DNA of 64,000 nucleotides from Octopus bimaculoides (Eukaryota). The notes under the pieces were generated by a model. That model was not told the origin of the DNA and did not search any database. It was given only the letters and a program-made list of their open reading frames with translations. Shown piece after piece: positions 47,036-64,000 of this stretch. The translations under genes were made by a program, and so were the position numbers. How positions within the stretch are numbered: position 1 is the stretch's first letter; every line of letters starts with the position of its first letter. The stretch spans positions 41,651,066 to 41,715,065 of the forward strand of contig NC_068999.1 of assembly GCF_001194135.2 (NCBI RefSeq), written 5' to 3'.

Positions 47036-50011
47036 TTATTCAATGTAGCTAGTTTTGGCATTGAGTAGCACTTGCCGTGATTTGAACCCCTTGTCATAGT
47101 AATCAGACGCTTCTTTTTCAGGGAAAGGTTTTGCCATACCCATTGTATATTGTGGTTGTACACACCGTACGTAGAAGCCACTGGTTTTCTTCCAGTCATT
47201 AGGCTGGTATTTGAGAAAATAATAGGACGTACAAAGAGTGCCGTAAATTCCAAGAATCCATGGAGAACTGCGACGAACAACTAGAGCTGGTTTTACGCCG
47301 ATAATTGGTTTCAATACCTAGAAGAGAAAAAGAAAAACAGTTTTGTAAGAAAAATGTTAAAACATCCATATACTATTAGTATCTCTGCCTTAGCAAAGGC
47401 AGAGGTATTGTTTTTAGTTGTGTTTGTTTGTTTGTCTGTGGACAAGATATCTCAAGAACTGCTGGATGGATTCGGATGAAATTTTCAGGGATGTTTGGCC
47501 TCGTGACTAGCACGAACTGATTAGATTTTATGACTGATCCAGTACTGGACAAGGATTCTGGATTATTTTCCTGCGTTTTTACTTAATTTTTGAGAGCGGT
47601 CAGGTTCATTTTTAGTATTCTCATTTGTGAGAGCAGTCGAGTTTATTTCAGATATTCTCATTTTAAAAAATCATCTCCGGCTAATCGTTGAGAGGACGTT
47701 GGTGTTGCCTTGGCAGAGGTTTGCATTCTCTGAGTGCTCTCGTTTTTATTAGTATTATTATTAAGGTGGAGCAGAGCAGGAGGGTGAGGGCTAAAAAAAA
47801 TTGGATGCTGAATTTGCTGACAACATAGCTCTGTTGGCAAACACAGTGAGGGAGGCAGAGGAGTTCATACAGGGGTGGAGACTGTGTCAATGAGTGTGGG
47901 ACTGAAAATGAATGAAATTAAGACAAAGTATCTGGTAGAGAATATTAAGAAGCCAGAGAAGATTATGAATGTAGGCAGGAAGCCACTAGAGTTGGTTGAG
48001 GACTTCCTGTATCTGAGAACAAAGATTGGGAAGTCGGACCTTTGTAAAGACCTGAAGATCCATCTCTTCGTTGCTGCAGTGGAGTCTGTGCTGTTGTATG
48101 GGTCTGAGACTTGGACACTGACCAAGAAACTCACTCAGATGGTGGATGAGTGCTACACAAGAATACTGAGGATGGCTCTGAAGATGAAGAACTCGATGAA
48201 GAACTCAGAGCTGTACGAGAGCCTCTAATAGTTAGCTCTTAAATGACACAGACCCATGCAAGCATGAAAAAGTGCATGTTAAAATGATGATGATGATATA
48301 TATACATAGAGACACACACGACGGGCTTCTTTCAGTATGCATTTAGCAAATCCACTTACAAGGTTTTGGCTGGCCCATGGCTATAATAGAAAATACTTGC
48401 CCAAAGTGTTATGCAGTGGGACTGAACCAGGAACCATGTGATTTGGAAGCAAGCTTCTTACCACACAGCCACATCTGTGCTCAATTATTTATTAACCCTT
48501 TAGCATTCAGGTTGCTCTGTTGGATGTAATGCTTATAAGACAAGAAAAGAACAGGAAGAAAGAAAAAGCATTCGCAACTGAACTGATGGTGGTGATGGTG
48601 GGGTAGTATTTGAGAGGATGAAGAGGGGCGATGGGTTCTGTGCCGGGTGCTGAAAGGCTAGAGCATGATGGAAGGATAAGTGTCTTGCTATGGAAGAGGT
48701 ACAAAGCTACCCTGCATCATATAAACGTAGGTGGGAGCAACTGGAGAAAAATTCCAATTGGAGATGGGCACACGTGTGTGTAGAATTATAATAATGCGAA
48801 GCAGTATGTTTCTTACACCAGTTAACATTAGCTAATATGTCACATGCTGTTTAGCACTAGGTAGGACCTGATCGAGCAAACCTCTGATCAAAAGTGTTAT
48901 TGCTTTGACCGTTTTGATTTAAAATATTTGGTGGTGGGGGGGTCAACCTTGAATTTCAGTGAAAATTCCTATTTTCTAGGACGGGCTGATGTCTATTTCC
49001 AACAAGGTGAATACTGAAGTTGTTATATAGTGATTCCCCTTTTCTAAATACACAACAAAAAAGTCAAAACAACATGAGTTTCAAGCAGGTTGTTCGCATT
49101 GTTAGAAATAACAGTAAAATCACCTTCTAACGATTTAAAAACAAAGAACTACACCAATGTGATCTTCGGTGCACTGTGCCATGAAAAAGGCAGGATAGTC
49201 ACACCTAGAATGTCTCTGATCACAGGTCCGCTCCATCGGAGCCAATCTGGGTTTAGAGGTCACAATCTGTTTAGTTGCATTTTATTAACCCATCATCCAC
49301 ACGGCTATTTGGCATTTGAAAAGCGTACAGGTACTGAATAAGACCGGTATCCTGAATACTTTACGGTCCGAAACAATAATACGGAGTTGGAATCATTAAA
49401 CTAAAAAATATAATAATATAAGCCAGTCGGTCTGCCTGCAATAACAGCTAACTCTACTTCAGATCGCATTCTACTGTATTAAAGGAAAAACATGAAGGAT
49501 AACGTAGTCTTAGAACGTCATTGATCATAGGTTTGTTCAGGGTTGACCTTAGGTTGAACAATAATTTATTTCTAACGGTCGTACAAACACAATACAAACA
49601 ATTAATGATAATTTGTTTTTATATTTTGTTAATATCATCTTCCAAGAAGAAAACAAGGAAATAATTAAATGTAAAATAAGCAGCTATTGTGCTTACCTTG
49701 TAGAGGGCTTCAAAGGGCATTGAACCGATCCTTTTAAATACATTTCTCGGGTGGACTTCAGGGACATAACGTGGTTCATTGGGGGACAGGTTCTGATCGA
49801 GTAACCATTGTTTCCTGAGTTGTCGATCTGCATCTGTCATGCCTTTACCATCGAGACGTTGGCGCTCATGAGGCATTGGCTCGATAGAAAAAGGCGGATA
49901 CTGACTACCCTTGTACTCAGCCAACCTAGCCAGTCTCCTTTTCTTTTCCCATGGCTTTTCATTTGGGGCAACCAGGGCTTCCTGCCCTGTTTTATTCACA
50001 TTGCCCTCCAT
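47036..50011 (-). CDS. NDUFB6: NADH:ubiquinone oxidoreductase subunit B6 (B17), 2 exons, 198 aa
   Basis: Exons 50011-49697 and 47317-47036, with a phase-0 GT-AG intron. Motifs ERQRL..GMTDADRQLRKQWLLDQNLSPNEP, a TM segment, YYFLKYQPNDW and DYYDKGF match NDUFB6/ND-B17. Confidence 0.9.
47385..47745 (+). mobile_element. Helentron/DINE-like non-autonomous element (tentative)
   Basis: (GTTT)n-GTCTGTGGACAAGATATCTCAAG...GGATGAAATTTT 5' core and a 3' TTGGCAGAGGTTTGCATTCTCTGAGTGC end, resembling HINE/DINE-1-type elements from memory. Confidence 0.45.
47790..48235 (+). mobile_element. Degenerate LINE reverse transcriptase fragment (RTE/RTEX-like) in the NDUFB6 intron
   Basis: EFADNIALL (FADD-like), VGLKMN..KTK, VEDFLYL, VESVLLYGSETWTLTKK, CYTRILR; frameshifted. 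Confidence 0.75.
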
Positions 50012-50444
50012 CTTGTCGAAACTTCAAGGTGACATCGATTACACAGAGTTCTCTCCCTTGACAACTCTTTTATTTTGCCCCTGCCAATTAAATTTTCTTT
50101 TACTATGCCCCTGCCAATTAAATTTTCTTTTATTAATCATGCTTCTCTTTAATAAAATTATTGGGAAATCGTTTCTCGATATGTTTAAGCGTTTGCAAGG
50201 AATTTCTTATGCCGTAAGTCTTAACTTTAAAATTTATGGCAAACATAGAAATTCCGGTGCCATGCAGGGCAGTGTTTGAAAACAACCGAGGAAGGCTGCG
50301 ATTTAGTTGCTATTTCTAGCAGATTTAGCATGGCACATTGAGCAAATTTCATGAGACTTGCTCAACCAATACCTTGATACCTTGTGAGTGAAATTTGGTC
50401 AAAGGAAACTTAGTAGAAGCTTTGTTTGTGTGTGTGTGTGTATG

Positions 50445-50498
<54 letters not shown>

Positions 50499-51034
50499 GT
50501 ATAATAATAATAAAGGGTAAAAATTATTAATGATTTTTACCAGGTGGTCAGCACAGAAATAAAAACCTCTTAGGTAAATTTTACAAATATTTTATAATTA
50601 TAAAAAGGGCTTCGTTTGCCCCCCAGCAATTTCTGGGGAGGGGACCAGTCGATTAGAATGACTCCAGTATGCAACTGGTACTTAATTTATCGACCCCAAA
50701 ATGATGAAAAGAAAGTCAGTGGAATTTGAACTCAGAATGTAAAGACAGACGAAATACTGCTAAGCATTTCGGCCAGCTCACTGCTTTCCTTACAGTAATG
50801 AATTGCGTGAGCTATGAGCACACATTGTCTAAATGTAGGAGGTGTTCTCTGATGATGAAAACAACAGCGATCAGATATTCTGGTTCGAATCTGTCAGAAA
50901 TGTATTAGGAATGAAAACATAAATTGGTGTTATAAGCAAACTACATTGTGAGGAAATTAACGATATTTTGCATTAGCAAAGAAACAATTAAGATTTTACA
51001 AATTTTATTTAAAAGAAAATTGTAATAGACAATG

Positions 51035-54000
51035 TCATAAAATATTGTCAGTACTTGATGCTAAATTAGAACAAGTGGAAACTTTACAAACTGTGTCTTT
51101 ATGTTGTAAATCTGTGATTTTTGTAGGTGAGGAAATTTGGTTCCATGAAAATAAATATTTATTTTTATGTTTGAAGAATGGTTCTTGTGTCTGACTGAAT
51201 ATGTCAGGTGACTTCATGCGATCTTGTGTGTTCTTCTGTGTTTCGTAGATTATATCCGGGGACGATATGTAGTGCTTTGTACTTTCAGGTGTGCGACAAA
51301 GTGGATGAATTGAGTGTAATAAATATTTTGGTTTGCTTTTCTGTGTTGGAGAAAAAGTATCAGTGGAGAGCAATAGGTTACAAGAGTTAGTCTCTGTTTC
51401 ATTGTATACATCTGGTGATTGTATAGAATTATCTACATCAGGCTGTGTTTCAGGAAGTATATTGGGAGTGTCACTCTGAACAGAAGTGTTTGAGGTGAAT
51501 ATGTCAGGTGACTGTGGAAGAGTCTGGACGTTTTGACAGAAATCTTCAGACAGATGTGAATGGACATTTGAATCGTCTGGTTGTGTACAGAATAAATCAG
51601 GTGAGGCATAAATATCCAATGTTTTATTACATAGCACAGGTGTTCTTTGATGTAAATGAGTTTTATTCTGTATTTTACAATCGACCTTAGTTGAATTTTG
51701 ATTCAATAGACCATGGATTTCTGGTAGGACTTCTGCATCTAAAATCTCACATGTGACATCACAAAGAGTTTCTGTAAATACTTCAGGGGACGGAGTTTGC
51801 TGTTGATTTACATCGGGTTTTAATTTAAAACAGGAATGAAATGGATTGTCTATGGAAATGGTATTTGTGTTTTGTAAAGTAAACAAATGTTTCGTTTTAT
51901 CTTGTGTTGCAGACAGAATTTCAGGCGAAAATAAATCTTGTGATTCAGGAAAGGATTTACAAAACTGTTCTGATTCACGAGATTGTTCCATAATTTGAAA
52001 AATATTCCCCATTGTTTTAGGAATGATTAACGAATTACAAGAATTACATCTAGAGATTTCTTTTGATTCTATAGAATTTGTAGTTTTTGGTGAGTTGAAC
52101 TCATTTTGAGACAATATTCTTGGAGAAAACAAAGGCCTGGAGTTAGTATAAGTTTCTAATATTTCTTCGGATGAATCTATGAATGTTTGAACTTTTCTAT
52201 TGAGGGGTCCCATGGGTGAAGATGGCACACTGATTGTCTTTGGAATAGTATTGGAAGGAGACAAATTTTTCATTTGGCATTTTGCTTGGAATTGATTAGA
52301 ATTATTGATTTTCTTGAAAATTTGTCTTTTTAAAAGGCATTTGGACAGAGAATACTTAAATTTTTTAGAATTTCGTTGATTGAAAGAATTGTTAATACCA
52401 TCTCTTCTATTTAAACAAATATTTCTTACTGAAACTGGAGTACTACTGGGTGTCTGTGGAATAAATTGGTTTGAAGATTTCCAAGAACAGCTAAATAGGT
52501 CTTCTGAAGTATTGACAGGTAATACGACATCTGGATTAGGAGAGGATAAAAACAATTCAGTCGAAGGATCAAATAAGTCCTGTGACATATTGCCCTCTTC
52601 TTTGGGACTCTCTTGGCAACCTTGTTGAAGACTTCCAGATGGTAATAATACATAAGACTCAGAGTTGTGACTTTCAACAGAATTATTTGAAGGAGAATTT
52701 GGATGAGACTGTTTCTGGTTCTCTGAAGAGCATTTAATTGGAGTTATTGGAAATAAGCGTTCAATATTTTCTTCAGTTGAAGAATCTTTATGTGGCAGAT
52801 TTCTATATGATGTTTGATAAATATGGAAATGTGGAACTGGTGTAGAAGTGAAACTATGGCATTTTCTAAGATTAACATTGGTTGAGAAAGTATGAAAGCC
52901 ATCTGCAAATGGTAAGTCTGAAAGCTGACTTTTCCTGATCCTGGAAGAGATTTGAGATCCCTTGGTTGGAACAGAATGATGGTTTTTATTGCGTGGTCGA
53001 AGAGTCTTATTAACAAATTGTTTGCTTTCAGATAAGCTTGCATTGCCTAATTTTTTAGAAAACCATAAAGCTTCTTTTCCTCCATTATATGAAATATTTT
53101 CTTTATTTTCTGAAAAATCATTGCACAGACATCTTGGAAGATATGAGCGACATTGATTACATTTCTTCCTTTTCTTAGATTCATTTAGGAAAGATGGTTC
53201 ACTTTCTAGGCAGGAATCTTGATTTGGAAGTCGTTTAGACAAACACCTTATAGGATGGATTGTTTCTTGAAATGGAGAAAGCTGTTTGAAAGAAGCAGAT
53301 GTAGACATGTTGCCATTTATAGATTCATTCTCAGAGAACATTCTGTTAATGTGAAAGGAACTAATGACTGAAACATCAATGCAAGAATCACGAGGAATAC
53401 TCGACATGTCAGCAATTTTTGAAAAGTCTTCAGGAAGGATATTGCAAATACTATTTGAAGGATTGGATTTGGGTGATGATTCTTTAATAACATCGACAGC
53501 AGACATGTGTCTCTCAGCAGACTGGAACTTTGGTAAGTATTCATTTGTAGAAGAGACTTTTAGAGGATATTTACTATATACATTAGAAATGTTTCCGTTG
53601 TTGACAGTAGTTTTAGTGACAATTTTAGCTGGACTAGACGATAAATATAAATCCTCACTTTTAAGTAAATATTTGTCATCATTCACTGTAATAGGTTGTC
53701 TGGTAACAATTTTATTTCTAATGTCACAAAACTGATTTGCTTCACTCCAACTATTTAGATTATAATTATGTATCATTAATTTAGAATGGCAAGTCAAATT
53801 GCCAGTGAATAAATTACTTCTGTTTGATTTGTCCTTGTTTTTGTACCTTGGGTTATCATATACTCTGCAATTACTTTCCCAGATACATTTTAAAAAACGA
53901 TATGGAACTGACAAGTTGAGAAGGAAATATGTCACAGTTGATGAATGGAAGCTTAAAAGAGACAAAATATTTATCTCCCTTATTTTCCAGTCTCCAGTTT

Positions 54001-55417
54001 CTCTTGAAGATTTACAAATATCTTCACATCTTATCTTGTTTACAGCAGCCACTGTAACCATCTTTGGATTTGATTTACTGCAAGAAGTTTCTTTCAGAGT
54101 TGTTTTAAAATTGTAACTGTTTAGAAAACACATCTGTTTTTCACTAGATTTTGTCGTATGCATTTGACTTAGTTTCGTATTTTCTTGAAATTCAGAAAAG
54201 TGTTCATTTGGTGAATTGCCAAAGCTGTTTAAGAAAGCCTCTAAGTCTTCTGATTCAGGAGCGTAAGAGACATTATTATAATTATTTACATTCAAAGAAC
54301 ATTCCGTAGAATATTCTTTCTGTGGAATAGGTACTGCCAGTGAATATTTATGCCCCATATCTGAAGAGTTGTTATTCTCAAAAAATACATCTTCACAATC
54401 AGATGCATAATAAAGAATTTCTTCATTTGGATTATTAGCAAGAGAAACTTCTGGAAGATGCTTTACATTAGCATGACTTCCAGATGGAACATTCTTATAA
54501 GAATGAAGCAAATGATTAGAAATATCTTCTGTTGACAAATCAGGAAAACAGTTTGTAATGAAAGATTTGTAAGTCTGGGTTGACTGTGACTTCGTTGCAT
54601 GAAATGAAGGGTTTCTTTGTGAACAAGAGTTAATGAAATTAGGGGTTTCACTTTCCCCAGAACTTGATATTAACACACCTGAGAGATTTCTGCTAATTTG
54701 AATCCCAGATGGATTCATTTCACATGTTAAAACAATTAACTCTTGAGAAATTAATGGAAAAGCAGAACTACTATTGGTCCGTTCAATAAATAGTGGTGAT
54801 TCTGTCAGAGTTAATGCTGCTGGTGTTTGAAGAAATTGTTCAAGGGGTGCAGGAGGAGTGTTTTGAGTTTTAAAATTGTTATTTTTAGTTAAAAGTATTT
54901 TAAGTGTGCATGCCATACCAATATTGCAGTTAATCATCTGAGAAGCAATTAGATCAGTCGGAAGTGTCTGGCACTGTTTTCTGCAACTGCTTTTCAAGAC
55001 TGATAACAATGACATGTTGAAATCAGATTTTTCAAGAGGATATAAAGTTTTAAAACCAAACAAAAAACTCTTCCCAGTAAAAAAGCCATTCAACAAATTC
55101 TTTATATAATTTGAATCATATGAATGCAATAAACAATGTATCTCTTCAGCAGAGCATCCAAAGTAAGGTTCTAGGATTTTGCCAAAAACTGTGGCACCGC
55201 AAAGAGCAGATCCATCAGCAATTTCTAGAGAGAGTCGATACCGTTGAGGAATATTACATCTATTGTAATTAATTTTACATCGTAAACAGCGCCAAGTTCT
55301 TGAATGACAATTGATTAGTAATTTACTGTAGCATTCAATGCAATAAGGGTAGGTAACTTTTGGATCTCGAACTCTAACCACTGTGGCTATGGTCAATGCA
55401 TGGAATCTGGACGGCAT
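51035..55417 (-). CDS. DDIAS: DDIAS/noxin (C11orf82) orthologue, 1460 aa, single coding exon
   Basis: 4383-nt uninterrupted ORF. N-terminal RPA1-DBD-C-like OB fold with Zn ribbon (YPYCIECYSKL...CLRC...YRLSLEIAD...TVFG..LEPYFG...GKSFLFG), then a long Ser/Asn-rich low-complexity tail. A splice acceptor (ttttcag, minus strand) at 55432 lies 14 nt upstream of the ATG, implying a 5'UTR intron. Confidence 0.88.
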   Translation of the reverse strand: MPSRFHALTIATVVRVRDPKVTYPYCIECYSKLLINCHSRTWRCLRCKINYNRCNIPQRYRLSLEIADGSALCGATVFGKILEPYFGCSAEEIHCLLHSYDSNYIKNLLNGFFTGKSFLFGFKTLYPLEKSDFNMSLLSVLKSSCRKQCQTLPTDLIASQMINCNIGMACTLKILLTKNNNFKTQNTPPAPLEQFLQTPAALTLTESPLFIERTNSSSAFPLISQELIVLTCEMNPSGIQISRNLSGVLISSSGESETPNFINSCSQRNPSFHATKSQSTQTYKSFITNCFPDLSTEDISNHLLHSYKNVPSGSHANVKHLPEVSLANNPNEEILYYASDCEDVFFENNNSSDMGHKYSLAVPIPQKEYSTECSLNVNNYNNVSYAPESEDLEAFLNSFGNSPNEHFSEFQENTKLSQMHTTKSSEKQMCFLNSYNFKTTLKETSCSKSNPKMVTVAAVNKIRCEDICKSSRETGDWKIREINILSLLSFHSSTVTYFLLNLSVPYRFLKCIWESNCRVYDNPRYKNKDKSNRSNLFTGNLTCHSKLMIHNYNLNSWSEANQFCDIRNKIVTRQPITVNDDKYLLKSEDLYLSSSPAKIVTKTTVNNGNISNVYSKYPLKVSSTNEYLPKFQSAERHMSAVDVIKESSPKSNPSNSICNILPEDFSKIADMSSIPRDSCIDVSVISSFHINRMFSENESINGNMSTSASFKQLSPFQETIHPIRCLSKRLPNQDSCLESEPSFLNESKKRKKCNQCRSYLPRCLCNDFSENKENISYNGGKEALWFSKKLGNASLSESKQFVNKTLRPRNKNHHSVPTKGSQISSRIRKSQLSDLPFADGFHTFSTNVNLRKCHSFTSTPVPHFHIYQTSYRNLPHKDSSTEENIERLFPITPIKCSSENQKQSHPNSPSNNSVESHNSESYVLLPSGSLQQGCQESPKEEGNMSQDLFDPSTELFLSSPNPDVVLPVNTSEDLFSCSWKSSNQFIPQTPSSTPVSVRNICLNRRDGINNSFNQRNSKKFKYSLSKCLLKRQIFKKINNSNQFQAKCQMKNLSPSNTIPKTISVPSSPMGPLNRKVQTFIDSSEEILETYTNSRPLFSPRILSQNEFNSPKTTNSIESKEISRCNSCNSLIIPKTMGNIFQIMEQSRESEQFCKSFPESQDLFSPEILSATQDKTKHLFTLQNTNTISIDNPFHSCFKLKPDVNQQQTPSPEVFTETLCDVTCEILDAEVLPEIHGLLNQNSTKVDCKIQNKTHLHQRTPVLCNKTLDIYASPDLFCTQPDDSNVHSHLSEDFCQNVQTLPQSPDIFTSNTSVQSDTPNILPETQPDVDNSIQSPDVYNETETNSCNLLLSTDTFSPTQKSKPKYLLHSIHPLCRTPESTKHYISSPDIIYETQKNTQDRMKSPDIFSQTQEPFFKHKNKYLFSWNQISSPTKITDLQHKDTVCKVSTCSNLASSTDNIL

Positions 55418-56859
55418 TGGTTATTTTAAATCTGAAAAGTAATGAAAAAGTAATTCTTGAAACAGAAAGAAACAGCAAATGCATTTAACGAAGATTTAAA
55501 TCTTTTGTTACCAAATTGTCTGAAACTGCCCCTATTTCTATGATACAAACTTCCAGTTTTGAAGATATTTAAATTAAAAAAAAAAAAAACCTTTCCAATT
55601 AACATTTCGTATTAATTTATGATCCAAATAGCATCATAATACTGACAGAGTTATTTTGTTAAATTCTTCTTACTTTTTAAAAATTAATCGAAACAAAGAC
55701 CATATTTCAACAAAAATATGGTAACAAAAGAATTAATCAAAGTATCATAATGAATACAACAGGTAAAGCGAAACGTTTATTTTAATAATTAATCTGTTTT
55801 AACAATACAAAACTTTGCAATCAATGATCAGTTTTCTTTAAGGTTAATAATTATATCCAGGAAAATTAATCCAGGTTTAAATACTAGATTAAAGTTAAGT
55901 CCTTACAACAGTAATAAAAGAAGTTTGGAAGATTTAATCTATTTGCCTAATTCAACATCTTAGGTTGCTTTCTAGGGACCCACTTCGTCAGGTCTCTGGT
56001 TTGAGAATAATTTCCCCCCATTAGTCTCGCAGATTTGGAAAACGTCTATCAGTGGGGGATACGACAACTTTATCTCCTGTAAAAGAAACCCAGCAAAATA
56101 TCAGGTTTTCTGTTTAGATACTTTTTGCGTCTGCTATTTTATAATTCTACGCATGCGTGAAACATTAGAAGAAAAAAACATTTCGATTTCACTTCTTGTC
56201 ATAGGGGAGGGGGTTATTTTTTTGAAAAATTAAAATTTTACAAATTTTTTTTTTTTCAGAATCATAATTTCCATATTTTTCTACGTATTTCGCCCCAAAT
56301 TTTTTTTAAAAAGTGAAAATTTAAGAAATTGATCGGGGGTAAAAATTAAAATTTTGAAATGTTTTTTTTTTTTTGCAGATTCGGAATCTCTGCCCTCGAT
56401 ATAGTGTTTCTGTATAAGAAAAAAAAGTTTAAATCCCAAAGGGGACCCCATGATCTTTACCTCCGCCCATTTAGTTTAGTCAATAAGAAACGTTTCCTTT
56501 TAAAAAAGTAAATCAGTTGAGCTGAATACCTAATTAATTAGCTGCGTTTCTTTAAGCTTAATTAAAAACAAAACCCCCCGAAACAATTTAAATACCAACT
56601 TATCCATTTCCCCTTTTATTACTCATTGCTCTTACAGGAGATTAAAAAAAAAAAGACTTACATAATTCATAACAAATCGAATTGTTTGGCGCAAAATTCA
56701 AATAATTTTATTTCTCTGATAGAGATTCCAGGCATTATTGAGAGATCGCAGCAAAATCTTCCTCATCTCTCATAAAAGAAGAAGGACAGATACACTGGAT
56801 TATGTGATCTTACAAACACTGTCTTGGGAGGAAAGCAACGATCACGGTCGGAGAGTCTT

Positions 56860-57045
56860 TAATTAGAGTCACAGCAGAGTCAAAATAATAATAATAATCA
56901 ATAAAGGGATTTAACTCTGGTAAACTTCCGGTGTTTCGACAGAAGAAAAAATAAATTAATTCAAACAACAAGGGGAAATAATTCAGAGCTCTTCTCGCAA
57001 AGAGGTAGAAATAGTGGTAGCGGTTTATTTTCCTGAGTCATTTTT
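56860..57045. promoter_or_regulatory. Putative bidirectional promoter between DDIAS and PSMA1
   Basis: Divergent gene pair. ETS/GABP-type motif ACTTCCGGTG at 56924-56933; ARE core TGACnnnGC on the minus strand at 56874-56882; ATGACTCAGGA (one mismatch to ATGACTCAGCA) on the minus strand at 57031-57041. TSS positions are not visible. Confidence 0.5.
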
Positions 57046-57139
57046 GGGAAACAAGTTTTTTGTTCCAATTCCTGACCTTTTTGGAGAAATATTTTAGTAA
57101 TTATTGTTGTTGGACTGGATTGAATCGAGTCTAATCGTT

Positions 57140-64000
<6,861 letters not shown>

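Noticed and set aside
49330-49380. CTGAATA-A-GACCG...CGGTC-C-GAAAC
   Set aside because: G8 is U, and there is no palindromic stem III or stem I pairing.
55955-56000. CUGACGA...GAAA on the minus strand
   Set aside because: No consistent stems I, II or III.

Overview
AT-rich, intron-rich animal genomic DNA. The SINE/RTE repertoire and (TA)n/(CA)n load look like a coleoid cephalopod, probably Octopus; the species cannot be fixed from sequence alone. There are eight N-gaps. Six protein-coding genes could be spliced by hand with consistent intron phases: LTO1/ORAOV1 (+, 2731-9886), an MmuM/SAM4-type homocysteine S-methyltransferase (+, 13577-24491), a secreted or GPI-type protein made of two tandem GPR158-like Cache+EGF-like ectodomains with no 7TM (+, 30992-42187), NDUFB6 (-, 47036-50011), DDIAS/noxin (-, 51035-55417, single coding exon) and the 5' part of PSMA1 (+, 57140 to beyond 64000), head-to-head with DDIAS. 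Introns and intergenic DNA carry tRNA-derived SINEs, RTE and R4/Dong LINE fragments, mariner and Tigger remnants and fold-back elements. There is no CRISPR array, rRNA or intact tRNA gene. The most notable observations are: (1) several families of minimal type-I hammerhead-ribozyme motifs in Penelope-like tandem and inverted repeats, with intact cores on the antisense strand of host genes and decayed cores on the sense strand; (2) the 7TM-less tandem GPR158-ectodomain protein with a furin linker and GPI-like tail; (3) a U12-type intron in PSMA1; (4) a 112-bp-arm hairpin with two A:C mismatches just before the HMT poly(A) signal; (5) an array of S-P-[DE]-[ILV]-[FY] motifs in DDIAS. All structures were derived by eye, with no database searches or folding software.
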